DNA from: Guillardia theta CCMP2712
Lineage: Eukaryota; Protista; Cryptophyta
Assembly (NCBI RefSeq): GCF_000315625.1
Contig: NW_005434609.1
Span: 419,503-476,957 of the forward strand
Direction: 5' to 3'
Length of the DNA stretch: 57,455 bases
Below the pieces are notes generated by a model, which was not told the DNA's origin, did no database searches, and worked only from the letters and a program-made list of their open reading frames with translations. This document shows, piece by piece, positions 57,050 through 57,455 of the stretch. The stretch's first letter is position 1; every line of letters starts with the position of its first letter. Both the position numbers and the translations under genes were made by a program.

Positions 57050-57305
57050 AAATATCAACGAGGACAGATCACAAGGGAAGCCTCAAAAGCTAGCAACCAG
57101 GATCAGCATGGCTGGGAAGGGGCAAGGACACAGAAGACAGATGAAGACGAAAGGGCAACGGTCAACGGACAGACCGAAGGTAAAGCCTCATAGGCGAAAA
57201 ACAACCAACATGGCAAGGAAGGGGCAAGGACACAGGAGACAGATGGATGACGACAGGGGAAAGGTCAACAAGGACAGACTGACGGGGAAGCTTCACAGGC
57301 GGCAG
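57050..57305 (+). repeat. Degenerate ~102-bp direct repeats in the retroelement 3' UTR
   Basis: CATGGC..GGAAGGGGCAAGGACACAG.AGACAGATG at 57107 and 57209, with a partial earlier copy. Confidence 0.8.
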
Positions 57306-57455
57306 GCGGGGAAGGGACATGGACTTAGCGCAAAAACTGGACAGGTGGGACGGTTACACTGAAACCGTCAACCCGGGCCCGGAGGAGACACGGCCGCACC
57401 GGCGGCTCGGAACTGAGGACTATGGAAACAACAGAAACAGCGAAACAACGATAGA

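Larger units (their letters stand above)
52671..57455 (+). mobile_element. Non-LTR retrotransposon with restriction-like endonuclease (RLE), 5'-truncated and 5'-inverted; 3' end probably beyond the window
   Basis: RT, degenerate RNase H, CCHC and RLE ORF abutting telomeric repeats. 52671-52932 is an inverted piece of the element's own RT0 region. Confidence 0.92.

Noticed and set aside
56970-57362. 130-aa ORF after the RT gene
   Set aside because: Translation of purine-rich 3' UTR repeats.

Overview
Eukaryotic nuclear DNA: gene-dense, mostly ~45-60 nt introns, microsatellite-filled introns, and bipartite signal-peptide presequences that point to a secondary-plastid alga, most likely a cryptophyte (inference). 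Bases 1-46.4 kb hold about 14 intron-containing host genes: an LRR protein, a Prp16-like DEAH helicase, an SV2-like MFS transporter, a ParB-like nuclease, a nucleolin-like RRM protein, ankyrin, TPR, R2R3-Myb, WBP4-like and Dpy-30-motif proteins, and several hypotheticals. A fossil RLE retrotransposon fragment lies at ~17 kb. From ~46.5 kb the window becomes a subtelomere-like array of co-oriented modules separated by (TTTAGGG)n. Module 1 is a RAG1/Transib-like DDE transposase with all core motifs recognisable, a LysM-like insert and a frameshifted N-terminus, followed by A12 + (AGGGTTT)3. Module 2 is an in-frame 740-aa ORF with RRM-like segments, followed by 76-bp tandem repeats and (TTTAGGG)8. 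Module 3 is a 5'-truncated, 5'-inverted (twin-priming-like) non-LTR retrotransposon with RT, a degenerate RNase H, a CCHC knuckle and a restriction-like endonuclease. Host gene boundaries were spliced by eye and are approximate, and all family calls come from motif recognition without database searches.
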